Of a stretch of DNA of 64,000 nt, positions 10,238 through 23,184 are shown piece after piece. A model generated the notes under the pieces. The model saw only the letters and a program-made list of their open reading frames with translations. It was not told the origin of the DNA and searched no databases. Source of the stretch: an uncultured Actinomycetes bacterium (GTDB taxonomy: Bacteria > Actinomycetota > Actinomycetes > Nanopelagicales > Nanopelagicaceae); NCBI GenBank assembly GCA_903834515.1, contig CAILJM010000039.1:10600-74599 (forward strand). Reading direction: 5' to 3'. Within the stretch, counting starts at the first letter, position 1. Each line of letters opens with the position of its first letter. Both the position numbers and the translations under genes were made by a program.

Positions 10238-11874
10238 TGAAAATCTCATCTATGCGCAAGAAGATTGCAACACTCGGAGCCACAGCTCTCGTTGCGATAA
10301 CTTTTACCACCGCTCCAACAGTGGTCCACGCCGCTCCACTCTGTGATGGCAAGGTCCCCGTTAACTCCTGTAGCGGAGCAACATCTGATGGTGCTCCATA
10401 TTCGATGATGGTTCCAGCGAACTTCAATGGCACTGTTTACCTCTACTCCCATGGGTACCGTTATAACGTCGATCTTCCTTCCGCTATTCCTTTGATTGGT
10501 GGATACAAGGTCACAAACACTCCACAACCAGGACCAAATGCAACTGTTATTGGCTACTTGTTGAGCAAGGGTTACGCCGTGATGGGCTCAGGCTTCGCAC
10601 GCCAGGGCTGGAATGGTGACTCAGGAGTTGCAACAGATGTCGAGTTGATCAACACCTTTAAGTCACAGTTCACAAAGACTGATCATGTCATTGCATGGGG
10701 TGAGTCACTTGGTGGATTTATTACTCAAGGTCTCGCGGAGAAGTTAGGTACACAGCTTTCAGCTGTAGCACCTCTTTGCATGGCATCTTCTACTGTTGAA
10801 GCTGAACTCACAATGGCTGGAGATTTCCTCTGGGGTCTCAAGACATTCTTCGATCCTTCTATCAAGGCTGGTAACTACTCAGCCGGAGCTGCTGGCTACG
10901 CCGAAGCGATGACAGACCTTGGAAAGGTCTTCACTGTGATGGGTAAGTTGCAAGCTGGCATCGGTAAAGAACTCGTTACTGGAAAGCCTTCGTGGCCTGA
11001 TACAACACCTGCATCAGTCGCCGCATCAGGACTTGGTGCAATTCCGTCTCGATCAGCACTCTTGTTGATCGGCCTCATGGCTGGATTGCCTACACAGAGC
11101 GCACACTTTGATTCAACTACTGGACCTGGACCAGCGAACTCATCTAGCTACACCGGATTCGCGCTTCTAGGAAGCCCAGCACTTGCCATCCTTGAAAATG
11201 GAACAAATGCTGCAGCGCTTGCAATCCTTGCAACCCTCGATGTTGAACAACAATCTGGCGGAGCGATCTTTGATAACTCAAAGACCGACTACGCAGCTCA
11301 GGTTGCTTCAGAGGCAAGCACATATAGCGCAGCACTTAGTGGCTCAACAGCAACTGCAGGAATGCTTGCTTACCTTTCAGCAGCACCTCGTGCAACGGCC
11401 ACTCCGGCAGCTGTCATAAAGATGCGTAGCTTGCTTCAGTGGACCGGAAAGATCAGCGTCCCAGAAGTAACGATGGTTGGCGTTGCTGATCCAATTACTC
11501 CAGCGGGTAACTCAACATACCTCGCAAACAAGTATGCGGATCAATATGCTGCTCAGATTAAGGCGAACTTGAAGAATCACCAACCACGTGGCGCTTCAAA
11601 CCTCATCTCAATCTATGGGCTAACTCCAACTCATTACTCAACATTTAGCGCCGAAGGTGCTCCTGTTGTCACAACACCTGCCGCAAATGGCACAAACCAC
11701 TGTAACTTCACCACAAAGCAGTACACCACAGTGGCGGACTTACTTGCTTATGCATCAATTCATGGCAAGAACCTCTCTGGCGGAAAGCTGACAACAGCAG
11801 TTCGCAAGATGGGCGGATCTACAGCTGATCCTAAGTTCCAGGCAGCGTTGCCTAAGTTCTACTCTCAGGATTAA
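10237..11874 (+). CDS. secreted alpha/beta-hydrolase-fold protein of unknown specificity
   Basis: 545 aa with a signal peptide (VVHA/AP). The nucleophile elbow GESLGG places Ser157 at nt 10705-10707. Later candidates are an Asp (VGVADPITP) and a His (GTNHCNF). Its start overlaps the stop of the binding protein (TAATG). Confidence 0.55.
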   Translation: MKISSMRKKIATLGATALVAITFTTAPTVVHAAPLCDGKVPVNSCSGATSDGAPYSMMVPANFNGTVYLYSHGYRYNVDLPSAIPLIGGYKVTNTPQPGPNATVIGYLLSKGYAVMGSGFARQGWNGDSGVATDVELINTFKSQFTKTDHVIAWGESLGGFITQGLAEKLGTQLSAVAPLCMASSTVEAELTMAGDFLWGLKTFFDPSIKAGNYSAGAAGYAEAMTDLGKVFTVMGKLQAGIGKELVTGKPSWPDTTPASVAASGLGAIPSRSALLLIGLMAGLPTQSAHFDSTTGPGPANSSSYTGFALLGSPALAILENGTNAAALAILATLDVEQQSGGAIFDNSKTDYAAQVASEASTYSAALSGSTATAGMLAYLSAAPRATATPAAVIKMRSLLQWTGKISVPEVTMVGVADPITPAGNSTYLANKYADQYAAQIKANLKNHQPRGASNLISIYGLTPTHYSTFSAEGAPVVTTPAANGTNHCNFTTKQYTTVADLLAYASIHGKNLSGGKLTTAVRKMGGSTADPKFQAALPKFYSQD

Positions 11875-11902
11875 TCCCGAGAAAAAGCAGTAGGTAAGCA
11901 GC

Positions 11903-11940
11903 AAGAAGGGCCTCGGGAGACCGGGGCCCTTCTTCATTTG
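11903..11940 (+). terminator. putative hairpin terminator after the Liv/hydrolase operon
   Basis: AAGAAGGGCC (11903-11912) pairs with GGCCCTTCTT (11925-11934). The downstream U-tract is weak. Confidence 0.45.
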
Positions 11941-11956
11941 CTTCATCAACTACCCT

Positions 11957-12403
11957 ATGAACATGGCCGTAGTGAGATCCCCGGAAGCGATGAAGGAACT
12001 TGGTCGCCATATTGGAGAGAGCCTTCATGCCGGCGATCTGCTACTTCTCAAGGGCGATCTGGGGGCTGGCAAAACCGCACTCACTCAAGGAATCGGTGCG
12101 GCGCTAGGGATCATTGGAATTACCTCACCCACCTTTGTCATTTCTCGTATCCATCATGGCAAAGAGAAACTTGTCCATGTTGATGCCTATCGCTTGGTTG
12201 GTGAACCACTCGCAATATTTGATGACTTAGATCTTGATTCTCATCTCTCTGACTCGATCATTGTGATTGAGTGGGGTGAAGGATTTGTTGATCGGTTAAC
12301 TGATTCTTATTTAGAAATCACGATTGATTTTGGTTCGGGTGATAACGATCGCGTTGTTACTTCAAAGGGTCATGGGGCGCGCTGGCGGGGATTTGAACTG
12401 TGA
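11957..12403 (+). CDS. tsaE: tRNA t6A37 biosynthesis ATPase TsaE
   Basis: 148 aa. The P-loop GDLGAGKT is present, and the gene sits in tsaE-tsaB-rimI-tsaD synteny. Confidence 0.88.
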   Translation: MNMAVVRSPEAMKELGRHIGESLHAGDLLLLKGDLGAGKTALTQGIGAALGIIGITSPTFVISRIHHGKEKLVHVDAYRLVGEPLAIFDDLDLDSHLSDSIIVIEWGEGFVDRLTDSYLEITIDFGSGDNDRVVTSKGHGARWRGFEL

Positions 12404-13386
12404 GTGTAATTCTTGCAATTGATACCTCTACTGATCGCACAAGTGTTGCCATCGTGCGTGATGGCAAACCTCTTGTTGAGTTGAATCACGATGACCCATT
12501 AGCACACGGGGAAATCTTGCCGAAGTTGGTGAAAGAAGCGCTTCTGGCAGAGAACAAGATCGACTGTGTAGCAATTGGAATGGGCCCTGGTCCATTCACC
12601 GGGCTTCGGGTAGGAATTGCCTTTGGCCAGAGTTTCGCGCTCGGTAGAGGAATCCCGTGGATAGGCGTCTCATCCCTTGATGCGATCGCAGTAAATGTTG
12701 GCGAAGAAGATTTCATTGTCGCTATCGATGCGAGGCGTAAAGAGCTCTTCTGGGCGAGATATTTTGAGGGAAAGCGGATCTCTGAACCCGCTGTCAATGT
12801 GCATCAAATTGTTGAAGAGCTTGGGGTTCACATTGTGCGCAGACCACCTACCGCTCTTGCAATAGCTGAGCTCGCAACTACTCAGAATCTTCGTGAACCC
12901 TCATATATTCGCCGCCCAGATGCCTATCCGCTTCCGACGGGGATTAACTTCCGGGCTGCAGCAATGATGGATGCGGTAGCGCTATATGGGCTAGAGAAAG
13001 AGATCTATTCATCTGAAGATCCTTGGTCCCTCGCACAGTTTAAAGAGGAACTTGCGGCGAAAGATCGTTATTACATCGTTGCCGAAAGTGAAGGCAAGGT
13101 TGTTGGCTATGCCGGTGTGATGCCCGCGGGGGATGTGACGGATATCCTCACAATGACAGTGGATTCACATTATCGCCGCAAAGGAATTGCTCGCGAATTC
13201 CTCAAGCGACTTATCGATTGGTCTCGCAATAAAAAGGTTGAGGCGATCATGCTAGAAGTTCGAGTAAATAATCTTGAGGCAATCCCACTGTATGAAGGAA
13301 ATGGATTTCGTACGATCTCTCAACGCCCTGATTACTACGGACCAGGCAAAGATGCACTTGTGATGCGAAAAGAGTTGCGATCATGA
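12400..13386 (+). CDS. TsaB (t6A protein) fused to ribosomal-protein-alanine N-acetyltransferase RimI
   Basis: 328 aa. The N-terminal half starts ILAIDTSTD and contains [11 protein letters not shown] (TsaB). The C-terminal half has the GNAT motifs YRRKGIA and EVRVNN..A..LY...GF (RimI). It is a single uninterrupted ORF. Confidence 0.85.
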   Translation: MSVILAIDTSTDRTSVAIVRDGKPLVELNHDDPLAHGEILPKLVKEALLAENKIDCVAIGMGPGPFTGLRVGIAFGQSFALGRGIPWIGVSSLDAIAVNVGEEDFIVAIDARRKELFWARYFEGKRISEPAVNVHQIVEELGVHIVRRPPTALAIAELATTQNLREPSYIRRPDAYPLPTGINFRAAAMMDAVALYGLEKEIYSSEDPWSLAQFKEELAAKDRYYIVAESEGKVVGYAGVMPAGDVTDILTMTVDSHYRRKGIAREFLKRLIDWSRNKKVEAIMLEVRVNNLEAIPLYEGNGFRTISQRPDYYGPGKDALVMRKELRS

Positions 13387-14417
13387 GTGAACCTCTTGTA
13401 TTAGGCATTGAAACTTCGTGCGATGAGACCGCAGTTGGTATCGTCAAAGGTCGCAAACTTTTGGCAAATGTCATTTCATCGAGCGTTGAAGAACATGCGA
13501 GGTTCGGGGGAGTAGTACCCGAAATTGCGAGCCGGGCACATCTAGAGGCGATGCAACAAGTTATCTCTGCTGCGCTGATCGAAGCGAAGGTTTCACTTCA
13601 AGATATCGACGCATTTGGTGTTACGGCAGGACCGGGACTTATCGGGGCGCTTCTCGTTGGTACCTCTGCTGCTTCGGGTCTAGCGCTGGCGCTAGATAAG
13701 CCGCTCTTTGGAGTCAATCACCTCTCTTCTCATATCGCAGTTGATTCACTCGATGAAGATCGAATTCTCGAACCAGCTATCGGATTGCTCGTCAGCGGAG
13801 GACATAGTTCGATACTGAAAGTATCTAATCTCGCCACGAATGTGGAAGTACTTGGTGCGACGATCGATGATGCCGCAGGAGAAGCCTTCGATAAAATTGC
13901 CCGTCTGCTTGAGTTGGACTTTCCCGGGGGCCCTGCGATTGATCGCCTGGCACAATCTGGCAACCCAGATGCAATCACCTTCCCGCGCGGCCTGACTCAT
14001 GCACATGATCTTCAAGACCATCGCTACGACTTTTCATTCTCTGGACTGAAGACCGCAGTCTCTCGCTATCTGAAAGAGACTCCGGGCGCGGTCCGGGCCG
14101 ATGTAGCGGCCTCTTTTCAGGAAGCCGTTGTCGATGTCCTTCTGACCAAGGCGATCAGCGCCGCCCAGGCTGAGGGCTTTGAAAGTCTGATCATCGCTGG
14201 CGGCGTAGCTGCGAACAGCCGGCTTAGGACGCAGGCAGAGCAGAGGTGCCAAGAGGCGAAAATTCGGCTTCGAACCCCACCCAAGGCCCTTTGTACGGAT
14301 AATGGCGCCATGGTCGCTGCGCTCACAAGCCTCATGGTGCAAGCGGGTGAAACCCCGACTGGGGTTGGGTTTAGCGCAGATTCCAGTTCTGGATTGGAAA
14401 GGCTTCTCTGGCGATAG
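13383..14417 (+). CDS. tsaD: tRNA N6-adenosine threonylcarbamoyltransferase TsaD
   Basis: 344 aa. Motifs [16 protein letters not shown]-like (AHLEA) and VSGGHS are present. Confidence 0.93.
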   Translation: MSEPLVLGIETSCDETAVGIVKGRKLLANVISSSVEEHARFGGVVPEIASRAHLEAMQQVISAALIEAKVSLQDIDAFGVTAGPGLIGALLVGTSAASGLALALDKPLFGVNHLSSHIAVDSLDEDRILEPAIGLLVSGGHSSILKVSNLATNVEVLGATIDDAAGEAFDKIARLLELDFPGGPAIDRLAQSGNPDAITFPRGLTHAHDLQDHRYDFSFSGLKTAVSRYLKETPGAVRADVAASFQEAVVDVLLTKAISAAQAEGFESLIIAGGVAANSRLRTQAEQRCQEAKIRLRTPPKALCTDNGAMVAALTSLMVQAGETPTGVGFSADSSSGLERLLWR

Positions 14418-14428
14418 TAGAGTCGGCT

Positions 14429-14455
14429 TTAGCACTCTCGGGTTCCGTCTGCTAA
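14429..14455 (+). promoter_or_regulatory. CIRCE (HrcA operator) upstream of groES-groEL1
   Basis: The site reads TTAGCACTC-N9-GTCTGCTAA, against the consensus TTAGCACTC-N9-GAGTGCTAA. The left arm is perfect and the right arm has 2 mismatches. It lies 72 nt upstream of groES. Confidence 0.75.
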
Positions 14456-14526
14456 TTCAGCAATGGGTGGCCGATGCCGGGGTGGATAGAAACTAACCGA
14501 ATCTTTACAACGAGAAGGAGCGCATT

Positions 14527-16466
<1,940 letters not shown>

Positions 16467-16505
16467 CACGCACTAATGCATTAAAGCTCGTTAAAGAGCG
16501 CAAAG

Positions 16506-16538
16506 AAAAAACCCCCGAGAACTTCTCGGGGGTTTTTT
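16506..16538. terminator. bidirectional intrinsic terminator between groEL1 (+) and whiB (-)
   Basis: The stem is CCCCCGAGA (16512-16520) paired with TCTCGGGGG (16524-16532), with a 3-nt loop. It is flanked by an A-run upstream and a T-run downstream. Confidence 0.85.
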
Positions 16539-16551
16539 ATTTGAAGATTTT

Positions 16552-16863
16552 TTATGAAGCGGTTGAGTACTCGGCAACAGCTGCAGGACGACGCTGGTCA
16601 ATAATTGCCAAGCGATCATCTTCTGATAAGCCACCCCAGATGCCATATGGCTCTTGCACTGCGAGGGCATGCTTTCGGCAAGCCTCAATGACTGGACATG
16701 TTGCACAGATTGCTTTGGCAGTGTTCTCACGATTGCGGCGACGGGGTCCACGCTCGCCATCAGGATGGAAGAACATTTCAGTGGGGAGATCACGGCAAGC
16801 ACCTTCGTACTGCCACTCCCATTCGGAAGCTACGGGTCTAGGAAGTCTGGCTATCTCGGTCAT
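16552..16863 (-). CDS. whiB3: WhiB-family Fe-S transcription factor, WhiB3/WhiD type
   Basis: 103 aa. It has the four Cys (C..C-x2-C-x5-C), MFFHPDGERG, and the GIWGG turn. The position next to groEL1 matches whiB3 in M. tuberculosis and whiD in Streptomyces. Confidence 0.85.
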   Translation of the reverse strand: MTEIARLPRPVASEWEWQYEGACRDLPTEMFFHPDGERGPRRRNRENTAKAICATCPVIEACRKHALAVQEPYGIWGGLSEDDRLAIIDQRRPAAVAEYSTAS

Positions 16864-16913
16864 AGGTGAAATGCTACAACCGTTTCATAGGTTGTTCAAG
16901 AGGCGAAGCGGGT

Positions 16914-19017
<2,104 letters not shown>

Positions 19018-20130
19018 ATGAATGAAATAGAGATCGGCCCTGGAAAGCGCGCTCGGCAGGCATACTCCTTTGACGATATTGCAATTGTTCCAAGTCGCCG
19101 CACCCGCGACCCGGAAGGCGTATCAATTGCTTGGCAAATTGATGCATACAAGTTCGCCCTTCCCATGCTTGCCGCCCCTATGGATTCAGTGGTCTCACCT
19201 GAAACTGCGATCGCGATCGGAAAATTAGGCGGAGTTGGCGTACTAAATCTTGAAGGACTCTGGACTCGACATGAGGATCCACGCATTGCGCTCGCTGAGA
19301 TTGCATCTCTACCGCAAGAGCAGGCGATTAGGCGCATGCAGGAGTTATATGCAGCTCCTATCCAAGTTGAACTCATGAAGGCCCGAATCGCAGAGATCAG
19401 AGCGTCCGGTGTAACTGTTGCGGCAGCGCTTTCTCCTCAACGTACCGCGGAATTTGCCAATGATGTAATCAAGGCAGGCGTGGATCTCTTTGTCATTCGC
19501 GGAACGACCGTATCGGCGGAACATGTTGCTACAGAGAGTGAACCACTCAATCTCAAGAAGTTCATTTACGAATTAGATGCACCCGTCATTGTTGGCGGCT
19601 GCGCTACCGGAACTGGTGCGCTTCACTTGATGCGTGCAGGTGCTGCTGGCGTACTTGTAGGTTTTGGCGGCGGATCGGCACACACGACGCGAACAGTTCT
19701 CGGAATTTCGGTACCCATGGCATCAGCTGTCGCTGAAGTTGCTAGTGCGCGCCGTGATTACCTTGATGAATCAGGTGGTCGATATGTGCATGTCATCGCT
19801 GATGGATCGGTTGGAAGCTCGGGAGATATCGCCAAGGCGATCGCGTGTGGCGCCGATGCAGTGATGATGGGTTCACCTCTTGCCAAAGCGATCGAAGCGC
19901 CTGGCAAAGGTTGGCACTGGGGGCTTGAAGCGGCCCACGATGAACTTCCACGCGGAGATAGAGTCAAAGTGGGAACCGTTGGTTCCCTTGAAGAGATCCT
20001 CGTCGGTCCGTCACACACAGCAGATGGCTCAATGAACCTCTTCGGAGCACTTCGCCGCGGAATGGCTACTTCGGGTTATTCAGATCTAAAAGAGTTCCAA
20101 CGAGTAGAAGTTGTTGTGCAGCGTGCCTGA
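19018..20130 (+). CDS. guaB3: GuaB3-family IMP dehydrogenase-related protein
   Basis: 370 aa with [15 protein letters not shown]. It is a TIM-barrel IMPDH paralog immediately after guaB, as with M. tuberculosis guaB2-guaB3. Confidence 0.85.
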   Translation: MNEIEIGPGKRARQAYSFDDIAIVPSRRTRDPEGVSIAWQIDAYKFALPMLAAPMDSVVSPETAIAIGKLGGVGVLNLEGLWTRHEDPRIALAEIASLPQEQAIRRMQELYAAPIQVELMKARIAEIRASGVTVAAALSPQRTAEFANDVIKAGVDLFVIRGTTVSAEHVATESEPLNLKKFIYELDAPVIVGGCATGTGALHLMRAGAAGVLVGFGGGSAHTTRTVLGISVPMASAVAEVASARRDYLDESGGRYVHVIADGSVGSSGDIAKAIACGADAVMMGSPLAKAIEAPGKGWHWGLEAAHDELPRGDRVKVGTVGSLEEILVGPSHTADGSMNLFGALRRGMATSGYSDLKEFQRVEVVVQRA

Positions 20131-21673
20131 ACAAGAGCTCGTACTTGTTGTTGATTTTGGTGCCCAATACGCGCAGCTCATTGCACGGCGCGTTCGCCAG
20201 GCCCAGGTGTATAGCGAGATTGTTCCGTCATCAATGTCAGTTGCGGATATGTTGGCGAAGAAACCAAAAGCGATCATCCTCTCCGGCGGCCCATCAAGTG
20301 TCTATGTTCCAGGTGCACCGAAAGTTGATCCGACGCTCTTCGACCATAATCTTCCGATCTTTGGAATTTGTTATGGATTCCAAGCGATGGCAGCTGCTCT
20401 TGGTGGAGTTGTAAGTCAGACCGGAAAATCAGAATTTGGCCGTACCTCACTCTCACACACCGGCGATTCAAAACTTCTTGCACATCTCGATTCAGAATTT
20501 CGAGTGTGGATGTCTCACGGAGATAGCGTCACTCAAGTTCCAGCTGGCTTCAATGCGACAGCATCGACCGAAGATACTCCGATAATTGCATTTGAAAGCT
20601 CCGATGCACTTCTCGCTGGAGTCCAGTTCCATCCCGAAGTTCTTCATTCAGAGAATGGTCAAGAGATTCTCCGTCGATGGCTCATCGATATCGTCGGCTG
20701 CAAGCCATCGTGGACCTCAGAAAATATCGTCGCCTCAGAAGTCGAAAAGATCAAAGCGCAGGTTGGCGATAAGCGAGTTATTTGTGGTCTTTCAGGTGGA
20801 GTTGATTCAGCCGTCGCTGCTGCGATCGTACAGAAGGCAATAGGAAGTCAGCTCACCTGCGTCTTTGTGGATCATGGTCTATTGCGAGAAGGCGAAGCAG
20901 AACAAGTTGAGAAAGATTTTGTTGCTGCGACCGGTGTTTCACTCATGGTTGTTGATGCAAAGAAGAAATTTCTTGATGCGCTTGCTGGCGTAACTGATCC
21001 TGAGACGAAGCGAAAGATTATCGGCAGAGAATTCATTCGCACCTTCGAAGAGGCAGCGAGAGAATTATCTGCGCATGAATCAGTTGATTTCTTAGTACAA
21101 GGAACGCTCTATCCAGATGTTGTGGAATCTGGCGGCGGTGAAGGTACTGCAAATATTAAATCGCACCACAATGTTGGGGGATTGCCGGATGATCTCCAGT
21201 TCGCACTAATCGAACCGCTTCGTACGCTCTTTAAAGATGAAGTGCGTGAAGCTGGGCTGGAGTTAGGGTTGCCAGAAGAGATTGTTTGGCGCCAGCCATT
21301 CCCAGGCCCAGGCTTGGCCATTCGCATTATCGGAGAAGTTACTGAGAATAGACTTACAATTCTTAGAAATGCCGATTTAATCGTCCGCGAGGAATTAAAG
21401 TTAGCGAAGTTGGATCGAGAGATCTGGCAGTGCCCAGTAGTACTCCTTGCAGATGTTCGAAGCGTTGGCGTACAGGGCGATGGAAGAACTTATGGTCACC
21501 CCATTGTTCTTCGGCCAGTTTCGAGTGAAGATGCAATGACTGCAGATTGGAGCCGACTCCCGTACGATGTATTGGAGAAGATTTCAACGCGCATCACAAA
21601 CGAGGTTCGCGAAATTAATCGAGTAACACTTGATCTAACGAGCAAACCACCTGGAACTATTGAATGGGAATAA
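20123..21673 (+). CDS. guaA: GMP synthase (glutamine-hydrolysing)
   Basis: The GATase region has [10 protein letters not shown] and GICYGFQ. The ATP-PPase P-loop is GLSGGVDS, and the C-terminus is PPGTIEWE. The start is either TTG 20111 (ORF track) or GTG 20123 (GTGCCTGA overlap with guaB3). Confidence 0.93.
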   Translation: MPEQELVLVVDFGAQYAQLIARRVRQAQVYSEIVPSSMSVADMLAKKPKAIILSGGPSSVYVPGAPKVDPTLFDHNLPIFGICYGFQAMAAALGGVVSQTGKSEFGRTSLSHTGDSKLLAHLDSEFRVWMSHGDSVTQVPAGFNATASTEDTPIIAFESSDALLAGVQFHPEVLHSENGQEILRRWLIDIVGCKPSWTSENIVASEVEKIKAQVGDKRVICGLSGGVDSAVAAAIVQKAIGSQLTCVFVDHGLLREGEAEQVEKDFVAATGVSLMVVDAKKKFLDALAGVTDPETKRKIIGREFIRTFEEAARELSAHESVDFLVQGTLYPDVVESGGGEGTANIKSHHNVGGLPDDLQFALIEPLRTLFKDEVREAGLELGLPEEIVWRQPFPGPGLAIRIIGEVTENRLTILRNADLIVREELKLAKLDREIWQCPVVLLADVRSVGVQGDGRTYGHPIVLRPVSSEDAMTADWSRLPYDVLEKISTRITNEVREINRVTLDLTSKPPGTIEWE

Positions 21674-22380
21674 AAGTGAGAATGACACTAAGAACGAAGC
21701 GAACAGGTATTGCAGCTCTTGCTGCGCTGATTGCCATCTCACTCGTGCCAACTGCAGCGCTTGCAGGGGAGCGCACATCAGATAAGGGAGCCAAGTCCAA
21801 GGCCACTGCATTGCCTAATAGCGCCGTAAAATGTCGCGCAACAACCGCAGTCGGACACCAGCCACCACAGATAACTCCACCAGCTGTGAAGCCGCCGTAT
21901 AAGAACCGTACATTTACATTTACAACTAACTGTGGCGATATCGTTGTCGCTGCCGATGGTCAACGTGCACAGCTCACGGTTCTCGCGCTCACTGCACTTG
22001 CAAAGGGTGGTTACTTCGATCAGACACTCTGTCACCGTTTAACAACATCAGGACTTTATGTTTTGCAATGCGGAGATCCAACTGCAACTGGCTCTGGCGG
22101 ACCTCAATTCACATATCGCGATGAGAACCTGCCAACTGTGACCAGCAATGATTACCCCGCTGGAATCGTGGCCATGGCGAACTCAGGACCCAATACAAAT
22201 GGTTCCCAATTCTTCTTTGTCTATGCTGACACTACGCTCCCACCCTCATATACACGCTGGGGTGTGATCACCAAGGGTCTGGACATCTTGAAAGCTATTG
22301 CAGCTCAAGGGACAGTCAACGGAACCGGCGACGGTGCTCCTAAGCAGAGTATTGCAATCGAAAAGGTGAGCGTCCGCTAA
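21664..22380 (+). CDS. peptidyl-prolyl cis-trans isomerase, cyclophilin type, exported or membrane-anchored
   Basis: 238 aa with an N-terminal hydrophobic segment. The cyclophilin core is HRL...LQCGDP.GTG.GGP and [15 protein letters not shown]. The start is ambiguous (21664, 21676 or 21682). Confidence 0.88.
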   Translation: MGIKVRMTLRTKRTGIAALAALIAISLVPTAALAGERTSDKGAKSKATALPNSAVKCRATTAVGHQPPQITPPAVKPPYKNRTFTFTTNCGDIVVAADGQRAQLTVLALTALAKGGYFDQTLCHRLTTSGLYVLQCGDPTATGSGGPQFTYRDENLPTVTSNDYPAGIVAMANSGPNTNGSQFFFVYADTTLPPSYTRWGVITKGLDILKAIAAQGTVNGTGDGAPKQSIAIEKVSVR

Positions 22381-22383
22381 ATA

Positions 22384-22436
22384 TTTAGTTGCAACAATTT
22401 ATTTAGTTGCAACAACTTACTTAGTTGCAACAACTT
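22384..22436. repeat. three tandem copies of an 18-bp unit containing the palindrome GTTGCAAC
   Basis: (T/C)TTAGTTGCAACAA occurs at 22384-22397, 22402-22415 and 22420-22433. The repeats fill the whole gap between two convergent genes, and the last copy encodes the C-terminus of the minus-strand gene. Confidence 0.9.
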
Positions 22437-23184
22437 TATACGTTTCAGCAAATCTTCCTTCTGGCAGACCTACCGCCTTGGCATTGATCGCTCCCCATTC
22501 ACGGATTCGATCAGCCATGGCATCCATGTCAGAGATCTGGCTGACATGCTCACGGAGAGCGAGAATTTTCTTCTCGATTGTCTCCGTTGTATCAATAAAG
22601 TGATCATTAAATTCATTGGTCATGACCCACGCTTCATTGACGTTCCATGGTGCTAGGCCTTCGTCATTGAGTAGATCCGGGAAGGCGAAGGGGTTTCCGC
22701 AATCAGGATAAACCGCTTGCATGGCGGCTTCGGCCGCTGCTAGATGATCCGGGTGGGAAGCAAATATTCGGTCGTAGTTTCGCTCGGGGCTCTGCACGAC
22801 AAGGCGCTGCGGGCGAACTTTGCGGATAATGCGCACAATATCTTTTCGAAGTTGGATAGTTGGCTCAAGAAGCCCATCGTGATAATTCAAGAAGTGAATA
22901 TCGCTTACGCCAAGTACTTTTCCCGCGTTGATCTGTTCTCGCTGACGCGTCTTGCGCATCTCATCCCGCGAAATGGTGAGGTCACTTCCACCTTGGTCGC
23001 CGTTGGTGCAGATGCAGTAGGAAACCGAGATGCCAGCCGCAGTCCACTGCGCAATTGTTGCGCCAGCGCCGAAGTCGAGATCATCTGGATGAGCTGTTAC
23101 AAAGAGAATTCGCTCGACATCTTTATCATCCATCGGTGGCATGTAACTTTGTCCTATCTCGGGGCTATGCTCGCCCAGTGTCAT
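22417..23184 (-). CDS. PIG-L/LmbE-family deacetylase
   Basis: 255 aa with the zinc motif VTAHPDDLDFG and a later HPDH. Assignment as MshB versus another family member cannot be made by eye. Confidence 0.75.
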   Translation of the reverse strand: MTLGEHSPEIGQSYMPPMDDKDVERILFVTAHPDDLDFGAGATIAQWTAAGISVSYCICTNGDQGGSDLTISRDEMRKTRQREQINAGKVLGVSDIHFLNYHDGLLEPTIQLRKDIVRIIRKVRPQRLVVQSPERNYDRIFASHPDHLAAAEAAMQAVYPDCGNPFAFPDLLNDEGLAPWNVNEAWVMTNEFNDHFIDTTETIEKKILALREHVSQISDMDAMADRIREWGAINAKAVGLPEGRFAETYKVVATK

